Made by a program: the position numbers and the translations under genes. Below the pieces are notes generated by a model, which was not told the DNA's origin, ran no database searches, and saw only the letters and a program-made list of their open reading frames with translations. Shown here in pieces: positions 8,940 through 16,982 of a stretch of DNA of 64,000 nt (the stretch's first letter is position 1; every line of letters starts with the position of its first letter). Source of the DNA: Armatimonadota bacterium (lineage in GTDB: Bacteria > Armatimonadota > UBA10988); the NCBI GenBank assembly GCA_016235455.1, contig JACRKZ010000017.1, positions 1 to 64,000 on the forward strand. The letters run 5' to 3'.

Positions 8940-9565
8940 TGCCAGAAGAGCTCGTCGATGACGGTAAGCCGCGCGCTCGCATGTCGGGCGCCGACCGCAA
9001 GCAGCAGCTCCTGGACGTCGCACTGGAACTGTTCAGCCGGCAGGGATTCGAGCGCACCACGGTGCGCGACATCGCCAATGCCGCCGAGGTCACCGACGGG
9101 CTCATCTATCGCTATTTCGCCAGCAAGGAAGAGCTGCTGGCCGAAGTGGTGGACCGCGCGCGTCGCCGTCTCGAGGACGTGCCCATCCGCTATGACCCCG
9201 ACCGCCCGGTGATCGAGGTGCTGTCCGACGTCATCCGAGGCCTGGCCAACAGCATCCGCGCCAACCTCACGCTGGTCGACCTGCACTGGGGCGAGATGGC
9301 CCGCGGCAGTGAGGTCGGCATCCACCTCACCGCCATCCGCGAGGACGTCTTCGCCATGCTCGGCGACCTGCTCGCCCAGTACGCCGCCGCCGGCACGCTC
9401 AGTATCACCGACCCCATCCTCGGCGCCCGCCTGCTGGCCAGCACCGCCTTCAGCTTCACCTGCGTCAACCGCGCCGAGTGCGCCGACTCCTGGCACGCGC
9501 TCCTGGCTGAATGGAGCTGGTTCGCCGCCACCACCTTCGTCGAAGGCACGCGCCCGCGCAGCTGA
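8936..9565 (+). CDS. TetR/AcrR-family regulator
   Basis: HTH GFERTTVRDIANAAEVTDGLIYRYFASKEEL; ATGA overlap with RND. Confidence 0.93.
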   Translation: MMPEELVDDGKPRARMSGADRKQQLLDVALELFSRQGFERTTVRDIANAAEVTDGLIYRYFASKEELLAEVVDRARRRLEDVPIRYDPDRPVIEVLSDVIRGLANSIRANLTLVDLHWGEMARGSEVGIHLTAIREDVFAMLGDLLAQYAAAGTLSITDPILGARLLASTAFSFTCVNRAECADSWHALLAEWSWFAATTFVEGTRPRS

Positions 9566-9681
9566 CCGGCCGACTCATCGCCCCGAAGGCGCGTTTTACG
9601 CAACATAGCCCTACCGCTTGGCCCGCACGGCCGTTCGGCGGCGGCGGCAACCGCGGCCAGGTCGCCTGACGGGTGCCGCGA

Positions 9682-9710
9682 TTGACCAATCAGAGCCCTT
9701 CCGGTATACT
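9682..9710 (+). promoter_or_regulatory. sigma70-type promoter of ffh operon
   Basis: TTGACC-17 nt-TATACT. Confidence 0.75.
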
Positions 9711-9782
9711 GGCGCGCGTTGACGCCTGCGATCCACGGGCAATACCAGTTGTTACGTATCGCGGGATGAACAGGAGCGGCGC

Positions 9783-11132
9783 GTGTTCGAAAGTCTGACC
9801 GAACGGCTGACAGGGCTGTTCGATCGGCTCAAGAAGAAGGGTGTGCTGACGGAGGAGGACGTTCAGGAGTCCCTCCGGCAGATCCGTCGCGTTTTGCTCG
9901 AAGCGGACGTCAATTTCCGGGTGGTCAAGGACTTCTGCGCGCGGGTGCGCGACCGGGCCGTCGGCGAGGAGATCCTCGCCAGCCTGTCGCCGGCGCAGCA
10001 GATGGTCAAGATCGTCCACGCCGAGCTGGTGGCCCTGCTCACCGGGGACGCCCAAGCCGAGTCGTGGAAGCCGCAAGGCAGTTGCTCGATCATCTTGATG
10101 GTCGGCCTCAACGGTAGTGGCAAGACCACGCACTCGGCCAAGCTGGCCAGCTACTGGTCCGATCGCGGTTTCAAGCCGCTGCTGGTGGCCACCGACGTGC
10201 ATCGGCCCGCGGCCATTGAGCAGTTGATCACACTCGGCGAGCGCATCAACGTGCCGGTCTTCCACATGGGTGACCGCCTGGAGCCCGTGGCCATCGCCAA
10301 AGCGGCGCTGGCTCAGGCCCAGCGCGACAAGCGCGACCTGATCATCATCGACACCGCCGGCCGGCTGCATATCGACGCCGCGCTGATGGACGAACTGCGC
10401 GAGCTCAAGGACGGCGTGCCGCCGACGCAAACCTGGCTGGTGCTCGACGCCATGACCGGTCAGGACGCGGTGAACGTCGCGGAGCAGTTCGAGACAGCGG
10501 TGGGCGTGGACGGCTACATCCTGTCCAAGATGGACTCGGACGCGCGCGGCGGCGCGGCGTTGAGCATCCGCGCGGTCACCGGCAAGCCCATCCGCTTCAT
10601 CGGCGTGGGCGAGAAGGTCGGCGACCTGGAGGAATTCCACACCGACCGCATTGCCCAGCGCATTCTGGGCATGGGCGATGTGCTGAGCCTGATCGAGCGC
10701 GCCGAACGTGCCATCGATCAGCAGCAGGCGCAGGAACTGGAGGCGCGGCTGCGCGCCAACCAGTTCGACCTGGAGGACTTTCGCAACCAGTTGAAGCAGG
10801 TGACCAAGCTCGGTCCCCTGGAGCAGGTGTTGGGCATGTTGCCCGGCGTGGGTCAGGCCTTGGCCTCGGGTCAGATGCAGGTGGATGAGAAGCGGCTGGG
10901 CCGCATGGAAGCCATTCTGTCATCGATGACCATGGACGAGCGTCGGCGGCCTGACATCATCAAGAACTCGCGGCGCAAGCGTATCGCCGCGGGCAGCGGC
11001 ACCTCGACCCGCGAGGTGAATGAGGTGCTGAAGCAGTTTCGCCAGATGAAGGCGATGTTCGCCCAATTCTCGGAGATGGAAAAGTCGCGCCGAGGCCGTC
11101 GGTCTCTGGAGCGCATGTTCGGCAGGAGGTAA
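9783..11132 (+). CDS. ffh: Signal recognition particle protein
   Basis: MFESLTERL, GLNGSGKTT, DTAGR, RILGMGD, SRRKRIAAGSG. Confidence 0.98.
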   Translation: MFESLTERLTGLFDRLKKKGVLTEEDVQESLRQIRRVLLEADVNFRVVKDFCARVRDRAVGEEILASLSPAQQMVKIVHAELVALLTGDAQAESWKPQGSCSIILMVGLNGSGKTTHSAKLASYWSDRGFKPLLVATDVHRPAAIEQLITLGERINVPVFHMGDRLEPVAIAKAALAQAQRDKRDLIIIDTAGRLHIDAALMDELRELKDGVPPTQTWLVLDAMTGQDAVNVAEQFETAVGVDGYILSKMDSDARGGAALSIRAVTGKPIRFIGVGEKVGDLEEFHTDRIAQRILGMGDVLSLIERAERAIDQQQAQELEARLRANQFDLEDFRNQLKQVTKLGPLEQVLGMLPGVGQALASGQMQVDEKRLGRMEAILSSMTMDERRRPDIIKNSRRKRIAAGSGTSTREVNEVLKQFRQMKAMFAQFSEMEKSRRGRRSLERMFGRR

Positions 11133-11135
11133 GTT

Positions 11136-11468
11136 ATGCCGGTGAAAATCCGGTTGCGCCGCACCGGTGCAAAGCATCAGCCGTCGTACCGCATCGTGGT
11201 GGCCGATTCCCGGTCCCCGCGAGACGGTCGGTTCATCGAGATCATCGGGCACTACAACCCGCGACACGGCCAGGGCGGCGAGCCCGAGCTGTACATCGAT
11301 CCCGATCGCGCCCTGCACTGGCTGTCCACCGGCGCGCAGCCGAGCGAGACCGCTCGGGCCCTGCTGCGCCGCTACACGCTGCTGCAGATCCGCCACGACC
11401 AGAAGCACGGCATTGACGTGGCTGAGCGCGTGGCCGCCCTGCGCCGCAAGCCAACCAAGGAAGCCTGA
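11136..11468 (+). CDS. rpsP: 30S ribosomal protein S16
   Basis: [33 protein letters not shown]. Confidence 0.97.
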   Translation: MPVKIRLRRTGAKHQPSYRIVVADSRSPRDGRFIEIIGHYNPRHGQGGEPELYIDPDRALHWLSTGAQPSETARALLRRYTLLQIRHDQKHGIDVAERVAALRRKPTKEA

Positions 11469-11504
11469 GTAGCGTAGCGCCGACCCGGACGACAGGAGAC
11501 AGCC

Positions 11505-11756
11505 ATGGCCGCAGGTGAACCGAGCATCGCCGAGTTGTTGGACTTCGTGGTGCGCAACCTGGTGGACGATGCGGAGGCGGTCCAGATCGCCGAGAAACCC
11601 GGCCGACGCGTGACGGTGTATGAAATCACCGTGGCGCGCGGCGACTGGGGCAAAGTGATCGGCAAGGAAGGCCGCATCGCCAACGCCATTCGTACTCTGG
11701 CCAAGGCCGCGGCTACGCCGATGCAACAGCATGTCGCTGTCGAGATCATGACCTGA
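11505..11756 (+). CDS. khpA: KH-domain RNA-binding protein
   Basis: GKVIGKEGRIANAIRT; between rpsP and rimM. Confidence 0.9.
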   Translation: MAAGEPSIAELLDFVVRNLVDDAEAVQIAEKPGRRVTVYEITVARGDWGKVIGKEGRIANAIRTLAKAAATPMQQHVAVEIMT

Positions 11757-11764
11757 GGCACCCC

Positions 11765-12304
11765 ATGACAGCCGAGCGCGAGTGGATAGTCCGCGGCAAG
11801 GTGAGCACTGCCCATGGCATTCAAGGCCAGGTGCGGCTGGCTTTGTCGACGGATTTCCCCGAGCGCGTGCTGGACGCCAAGGAGCTGACGCTACGGCTGC
11901 CCGACGGTTCGATCGAGGTGCGCCGGCTGGAGAAGGCCTCCGTGTACAAGACGGGGCTGATGCTCAAGCTGGCGGGCATCGACGACCGCAACGCGGCCGA
12001 AGCGCTACGCGGCGCGGAGGTGGTGGCGGACAAGAGCGAGTTGCCGGCTTTGCCCGACGACGAGATCTACTGGCACCAGCTCATGGGACTGCGCGTGGTC
12101 ACCGTGGATGGGCAGGAGGTCGGTGAGATCACCGACATTCTGCGTACCGGCAGCAACGATGTCTACGTGACCGAGGTGCCCTCGGCCACGGGTCGCGGCA
12201 AGCGGCCGGGTCCGCTCATTCCAGCCATCGATGATGTGCTGGAGCGGGTCGACCCGGAGGCTGGCGTGGTCATCATCCGGCCCATGCCGGGGCTGTTGGA
12301 CTAA
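11765..12304 (+). CDS. rimM: Ribosome maturation factor RimM
   Basis: HGIQG, DRNAAEALRG, YWHQLMGL, GSNDVY, LIPAI. Confidence 0.95.
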   Translation: MTAEREWIVRGKVSTAHGIQGQVRLALSTDFPERVLDAKELTLRLPDGSIEVRRLEKASVYKTGLMLKLAGIDDRNAAEALRGAEVVADKSELPALPDDEIYWHQLMGLRVVTVDGQEVGEITDILRTGSNDVYVTEVPSATGRGKRPGPLIPAIDDVLERVDPEAGVVIIRPMPGLLD

Positions 12305-12316
12305 GCGAGCGAGACC

Positions 12317-13039
12317 ATGCGGTTCGATGTGGTCTCGGCGGCGCCGGAGGTGTTCTCCGGTTGGCGCACGACCAGTATGTTGGGTCGCGGCCAGAGCGCC
12401 GAGGCGATCACCATCGAGGTCCACGATCTGCGTGGCTATGGCATCGACCGCTACGGGACGATCGACGACTCGCCGTACGGCGGGGGCGCGGGCATGTTGC
12501 TCAAGCCCGAACCGTTGGCGGCGGCCATCGAGACCGCGCAAGGCGGTGACCCGGCGGTGCCGGTGGTGTTGATGACGCCACAGGGCGAGCGGTTCTGCCA
12601 GGGCATCGCCCGGGAGCTGGCCGATCTGCCCAGGTTGGTCCTGGTCTGCGGGCGCTACGAAGGCATCGATGAGCGGGTGCGCGAGCACCTTGTAACGCGG
12701 GAGCTATCCATCGGGGACTACGTGTTGACCGGTGGCGAGTTGGCCGCAATGGTGGTGGTCGAAGCCGTGGCGCGTTTGGTGCCCGGCGTGCTGGGCGACC
12801 TGGAGTCGGTGGCCGACGAGTCGCATTCGGAACCGTTGCTGGAGTATCCGCACTACACGCGGCCGGCCGAGTTCCGCGGCGAGCGGGTACCCGAGGTGTT
12901 GCTCGCGGGCCATCACGAGCGGGTCCGCCTGTGGCGGAGACAGGAACAGTTGCGTCGCACGTTGGAGCGCCGGCCGGATTTGGCCGCTCACTGGCGACTA
13001 AGTGACGAAGACCGGCGCCTGCTGGCGCGGATACTGTGA
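12317..13039 (+). CDS. trmD: tRNA (guanine-N1)-methyltransferase
   Basis: [41 protein letters not shown]. Confidence 0.97.
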   Translation: MRFDVVSAAPEVFSGWRTTSMLGRGQSAEAITIEVHDLRGYGIDRYGTIDDSPYGGGAGMLLKPEPLAAAIETAQGGDPAVPVVLMTPQGERFCQGIARELADLPRLVLVCGRYEGIDERVREHLVTRELSIGDYVLTGGELAAMVVVEAVARLVPGVLGDLESVADESHSEPLLEYPHYTRPAEFRGERVPEVLLAGHHERVRLWRRQEQLRRTLERRPDLAAHWRLSDEDRRLLARIL

Positions 13040-13046
13040 GGAAGAC

Positions 13047-13421
13047 ATGTCGGAACTGATCAAGCGCGTCGAAGCGCGTAATCGAGCAGAGCTGAGCATC
13101 GACCCGGCGGCCATCATACCGTTCAACATCGGTGACACCCTGCGCATCGAGATCGAGGTGACGGAAGGTCAGCGCGTGCGCAACCAGCCGTTCCAGGGCG
13201 TGGTCATTCGCCGCAATGGCGGCGGGCACACCGAGACCTTCACGCTGCGGCGCGTGGCCTCGGGTGTGGGCGTGGAGCGCGTGTTCCCGCTGCTCAGCCC
13301 CAAGATCAAGTCCATGGAAGTGGTCCGCCGCGGCAAGGTCCGCCGCGCCCGCCTCTATTACCTGCGCACCAAGGTCGGCAAGGCCGGCCGCATCAAGGAA
13401 GCCGACCGCGAGCGCTCCTAG
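13047..13421 (+). CDS. rplS: 50S ribosomal protein L19
   Basis: [31 protein letters not shown]. Confidence 0.97.
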   Translation: MSELIKRVEARNRAELSIDPAAIIPFNIGDTLRIEIEVTEGQRVRNQPFQGVVIRRNGGGHTETFTLRRVASGVGVERVFPLLSPKIKSMEVVRRGKVRRARLYYLRTKVGKAGRIKEADRERS

Positions 13422-13451
13422 GCCTCGATATCGGCTCAGTCGTTGCGATGT

Positions 13452-13534
13452 GTAGGGGCGGCCCACTGGGGCCGCCCGGCCGCGCCCGCCACCTCGCGGG
13501 CTGTGGCTGGGCAGACGTGGTGGCCGCTCCCTAC
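13452..13534. repeat. GTAG-type REP doublet (REPIN-like)
   Basis: GTAGGGGCGGCCC-actg-GGGCCGCCC ... GGCCGCTCCCTAC inverted partner. Confidence 0.7.
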
Positions 13535-13569
13535 GGCGAAGTAGCCGCGAGGCATGGGACCGGCGTACG

Positions 13570-14346
13570 ATGGATCTCTCCACGTTGATGACGGAGAAGA
13601 GCACGCAGTTGGTGGCGGCCGTGGTCGCCGCGCTGGTGCTCATGCGCTTGATCCTGCCGTTCGTCGCCTATGACTCCACGGTCGGGCGCGTGATCCTGTT
13701 CTTCTGGCACCCCGACGCACGCGACAGCAGTCGCGGCGTCAGCGCCGAGCTGCATCACGCCACCCTGCAGAACATGGACAGCACGTTCCTCGCGCTGCTG
13801 GTCGTGTTCGCGCTGATCCGCCCCTTCGTGCTGCAGGCCTACTACATCCCCTCGGCCAGCATGGAGCCCACGCTCTATGGCCAGCCCGAAGGCCGCAAGG
13901 ACCGCGTGCTGGTCAACAAGTACATCTACTGGACCCGCCCGCCCCAACGCCAGGACATCCTGGTCTTCCGCGCGCCCGCCGAGGCCACGCCGGGCCATGC
14001 GCCGCAGGACTACATCAAGCGGCTCATCGGCCTGCCGGGCGATACCATCGAGGTCCGTGCCCACCACGCCTACATCAACGGCAAGAAGCTCGACGAGCCG
14101 TACCTGCCCACCGACCTCGACACGGCCAACGGCATGCTGGCCGACATGGCGCCGGTCCAGGTGCCGGCCGGTCACTACTTCATGATGGGCGACAACCGCG
14201 GCAACTCGTCCGACAGCCGCGTCTGGGGCTTCCTGCCCGCCGAGAACGTCCATGGCAAGGCCATGTGCGTCTTCTGGCCCATCGTCGCCAAGGACCCGGA
14301 CCATCTGGAAAAGGGTCGACACTTCGCCATGCGACTGCTGCACTGA
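13570..14346 (+). CDS. lepB: Signal peptidase I
   Basis: IPSASMEPTL, DRVLVNK, YIKRLIGLPGD, MGDNRGNSSDSRVWG. Confidence 0.95.
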   Translation: MDLSTLMTEKSTQLVAAVVAALVLMRLILPFVAYDSTVGRVILFFWHPDARDSSRGVSAELHHATLQNMDSTFLALLVVFALIRPFVLQAYYIPSASMEPTLYGQPEGRKDRVLVNKYIYWTRPPQRQDILVFRAPAEATPGHAPQDYIKRLIGLPGDTIEVRAHHAYINGKKLDEPYLPTDLDTANGMLADMAPVQVPAGHYFMMGDNRGNSSDSRVWGFLPAENVHGKAMCVFWPIVAKDPDHLEKGRHFAMRLLH

Positions 14347-14440
14347 GCGGCACGCCCGCCTGTCAGCCGTCCAGCCGAAGAAGTGACTCGCCCCCGCGCC
14401 CCTTCCCACGGCGACCAATTCGTGGTATCCCTGCACTGAT

Positions 14441-15685
14441 ATGCAGCCGCCACCCGATCGCCTCGAATCGCTCCTCGCCGCCACCGCGTCGCGCGCGCTG
14501 ACCCCTTCCGAACACGCGGAGCTGGTGGCACTGCTGCGTGAGCACGGCCGCATGGACGAGGCCGAGGCGCTGGAGGCAGAGCCGCAGCCGCCCACCGCCG
14601 CCACGGCGCCCGAGCCGACTCCCCAGCCCGAACCCTCGGCGCCCCGACCAGCGGCTCCGCTGGTGCCAGGCTGGATGGTCGGTGTCGCCGCCGTCGGCGT
14701 GGTCTGCGTGCTGGTGGCGCTGCTGCTGCCATGGTGGTTGGGCCGGCACCAGGCGCGTGCCGAGACCCGATGTCGCGAGCGGCTGCAGCGCGTGTCGTTC
14801 GCCTTGCGGTTGGCCGTCGATGCCGCCGATGGCTACTACCCTCCCGTGGGCACCGACCTGGCCAGGCTGCTGGCCACCTACCAGATCCAGGCGGCCGACC
14901 TCCGCTGCCCCAGCGGCGCGGTCTATCGGCTCAACCCGATGCTCGCCGGCCGGCGGCAGGAGGACGTGGTGACGCTGCCCAGCACCGCGCTGCTGGTGGA
15001 GACCTCGGCCGACGGCCGACCGGCCACGCCGCACCGTGGCCGCTGCCTCGGCGTGCTGGCCAATGGCTGGGTCGGCGAGCTGGACTCCGTGGCGCGTGGT
15101 AGCGTCACCGCCAGTCTGCCGGTGTCGGCGGCGCCGGAGGCGCCATCGACCCGACCGGCCTGGCCGCAACCGGCGCCAAGTGCGCCGCCCGCGCCGGTGG
15201 TTGCGCCCGTGGCGACGGCCAATGGACCGACGCCCGAGCCACCACCCGCGCCTCGTCGCGCCGGCTCCCCGCGCGACATCCCGCCGACCGAGCCCGAGCG
15301 GCCTGGGGCCCGCCAGACGGGTGCGGCGCCCCGCGTGACCACCCGCCCGGCTTCGGCGCCGCAGGTGCTCTCTGGGGATTCCGCGCCACCCGAGACCAAG
15401 GCCTGGCAGACCGTGCTCACCATGGAGGGTCACGATCTGGCCACCTCGCAGCCGTTTGCCGTTGGTGAGCAGAGCCGGGTGCGGTTCGAGACGCACTGCA
15501 ACGAGCTCGGGCCACAGCCGTTCCGTCTGCTGCTGGTCGACGAGGTTGGAGCGCGTCCGCTGCGTGTCCTGGCGGTTGGCGTGGGCCCCAGCAGTGGTGC
15601 CGCGGAGATCGGGGCAGCGGGCCGGTTCCGCGTGCGGGTCATCTCGGTCCAGCCCTACAAGGTGAGCATCGAGGACCGGCGCTGA
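14441..15685 (+). CDS. Membrane-anchored hypothetical protein with degenerate DUF1559/H-X9-DG-like module
   Basis: One TM, ARAETRCRERLQRV, LRCPS, H-X9-NG, Pro-rich linker, beta-rich C-terminus. Confidence 0.6.
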   Translation: MQPPPDRLESLLAATASRALTPSEHAELVALLREHGRMDEAEALEAEPQPPTAATAPEPTPQPEPSAPRPAAPLVPGWMVGVAAVGVVCVLVALLLPWWLGRHQARAETRCRERLQRVSFALRLAVDAADGYYPPVGTDLARLLATYQIQAADLRCPSGAVYRLNPMLAGRRQEDVVTLPSTALLVETSADGRPATPHRGRCLGVLANGWVGELDSVARGSVTASLPVSAAPEAPSTRPAWPQPAPSAPPAPVVAPVATANGPTPEPPPAPRRAGSPRDIPPTEPERPGARQTGAAPRVTTRPASAPQVLSGDSAPPETKAWQTVLTMEGHDLATSQPFAVGEQSRVRFETHCNELGPQPFRLLLVDEVGARPLRVLAVGVGPSSGAAEIGAAGRFRVRVISVQPYKVSIEDRR

Positions 15686-15686
15686 G

Positions 15687-16955
15687 CTACGTCGCCGTGC
15701 CGGTCTCGACATGGACGCGGGCCAGCACGCCTTGCGCCTCGGCCTCGCGGCCCAGCCGGGCCAGCGCCTTGGCCTGCCACACGCCGAACTCCGCCTGCCA
15801 CACCGGAGACAGCCCGCTGCCCGCAGCCTGGTCGAGCAGGTCGGCACCCTCGGCATCGCGTCCCGCGGCGACCAGCACGACACCGCGCGTGCCCACGGCC
15901 AGCGGCTCCCAAGGCATGGCCGCCACCGCCGCCGCGGTCAGCGACTCCGCCAGCGCCAGATCGGCCTGGGCGTAGGCGTGGCAGCGCGCCAGACAGAGCG
16001 CGTCCCACCAGTGCGCCTCGCCCGGCTCGGCCGAGTCCAGCAGATCGGCGAATCGCGAGATGGCCGTGGGCCAGTCCTGTCGCGCCATGGCCATCTCGCC
16101 CTCAAGCCGGCGCAGGCGCGGGTCGGTCGGGTAGGCCGCCAACGCGTCCGCCAGCGCCGCCGAAGCGGCGTTCAGCGGCTGGTTGCAGTAGGCGTCGAGC
16201 GCCGCCAGGTACCACCCGGCAGCCAGCCGCTCGGCCCGCCAGGCGTCGCCACCGCGCAGCGCAGCCAACAGCGTCGGCCCGTCGGCGCGGCGTGGCCACC
16301 CGCAGGGCAGCAGACTGAGCACGACCGATAGGGCGTTGGTGGCCAGGAGCAGCGGCTCGGGGGCCAGACCGCCGGTTAGCCGCGCCATCAGGCCAGCCGC
16401 ACCGTGAGGCGCCAGCCACGCCAGGACCAGCAGGTTGGCCAGCGGACCGGCTGCGATGAACAGCGCCACCCGCGCGCGCAACGCCCGCGGCGAACGCGTG
16501 CCAGCCTCGGTGAAACCACCCACGGGCAGCCCGCGCAGCATCAGGTCGACCCCGCCGAGGCGCATGCCCAGGCTCGACGGGCCTGCGCCCAGCGTGAGGC
16601 TGTAGACGCGGAAGCCGAGCAGTCGCGCCGCCAGGGCATGGCCCAACTCATGCAGCGCGAGTGAGGCGAAGCTGGCCAACGGCAGCAGCACCGCCAGGTT
16701 GAGGAAGAGGTAGCCTTGGGCCGGCGCGCGACCGAGCAGCAGCAGGCCGAACAGGCCGCCGAGCAGGACGATGCGGCGCAGCCGGCGCGCGTCCCGCGCC
16801 TGCCGCCGGCCGAGGCATGGCGGGCACAGCCGCTGGCCGCGCACCGCGCTGAGCAGGTCCGGGGCCGTGGTAGCGACGGCGCAGCCGGCGCAGACAGCAG
16901 AAGGCGCAGATGACGCAGTAGGACCGGTCAGCCCATCTGCATGCATCTGCGCCAT
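15687..16955 (-). CDS. M50 site-2 protease family protein with TPR-like C-terminus
   Basis: HELGH, AAGPLAN, LLP...DG motifs; N-terminal CxxC...CxxC. Confidence 0.8.
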   Translation of the reverse strand: MAQMHADGLTGPTASSAPSAVCAGCAVATTAPDLLSAVRGQRLCPPCLGRRQARDARRLRRIVLLGGLFGLLLLGRAPAQGYLFLNLAVLLPLASFASLALHELGHALAARLLGFRVYSLTLGAGPSSLGMRLGGVDLMLRGLPVGGFTEAGTRSPRALRARVALFIAAGPLANLLVLAWLAPHGAAGLMARLTGGLAPEPLLLATNALSVVLSLLPCGWPRRADGPTLLAALRGGDAWRAERLAAGWYLAALDAYCNQPLNAASAALADALAAYPTDPRLRRLEGEMAMARQDWPTAISRFADLLDSAEPGEAHWWDALCLARCHAYAQADLALAESLTAAAVAAMPWEPLAVGTRGVVLVAAGRDAEGADLLDQAAGSGLSPVWQAEFGVWQAKALARLGREAEAQGVLARVHVETGTAT

Positions 16956-16962
16956 CTGTTGA
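16894..16962. repeat. 9-mer-unit palindromic element, copy A (degenerate)
   Basis: CAGAAGGCG CAGATGACG CAG ... ATCTGCATGC ATCTGCGCC ATCTGTTG. Confidence 0.7.
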
Positions 16963-16982
16963 CGTGCTCCTGGAAGTCAGGC

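Noticed and set aside
7200-9023. Long antisense ORFs (also 24711-27092, 29762-31873, 37735-39276, 49966-51864)
   Set aside because: Expected mirror frames of high-GC3 genes; no motifs, and each lies opposite a well-identified gene.
9566-9782. Possible SRP RNA next to ffh
   Set aside because: Conserved CAGG...GGAA...AGCAG domain IV motif not found.
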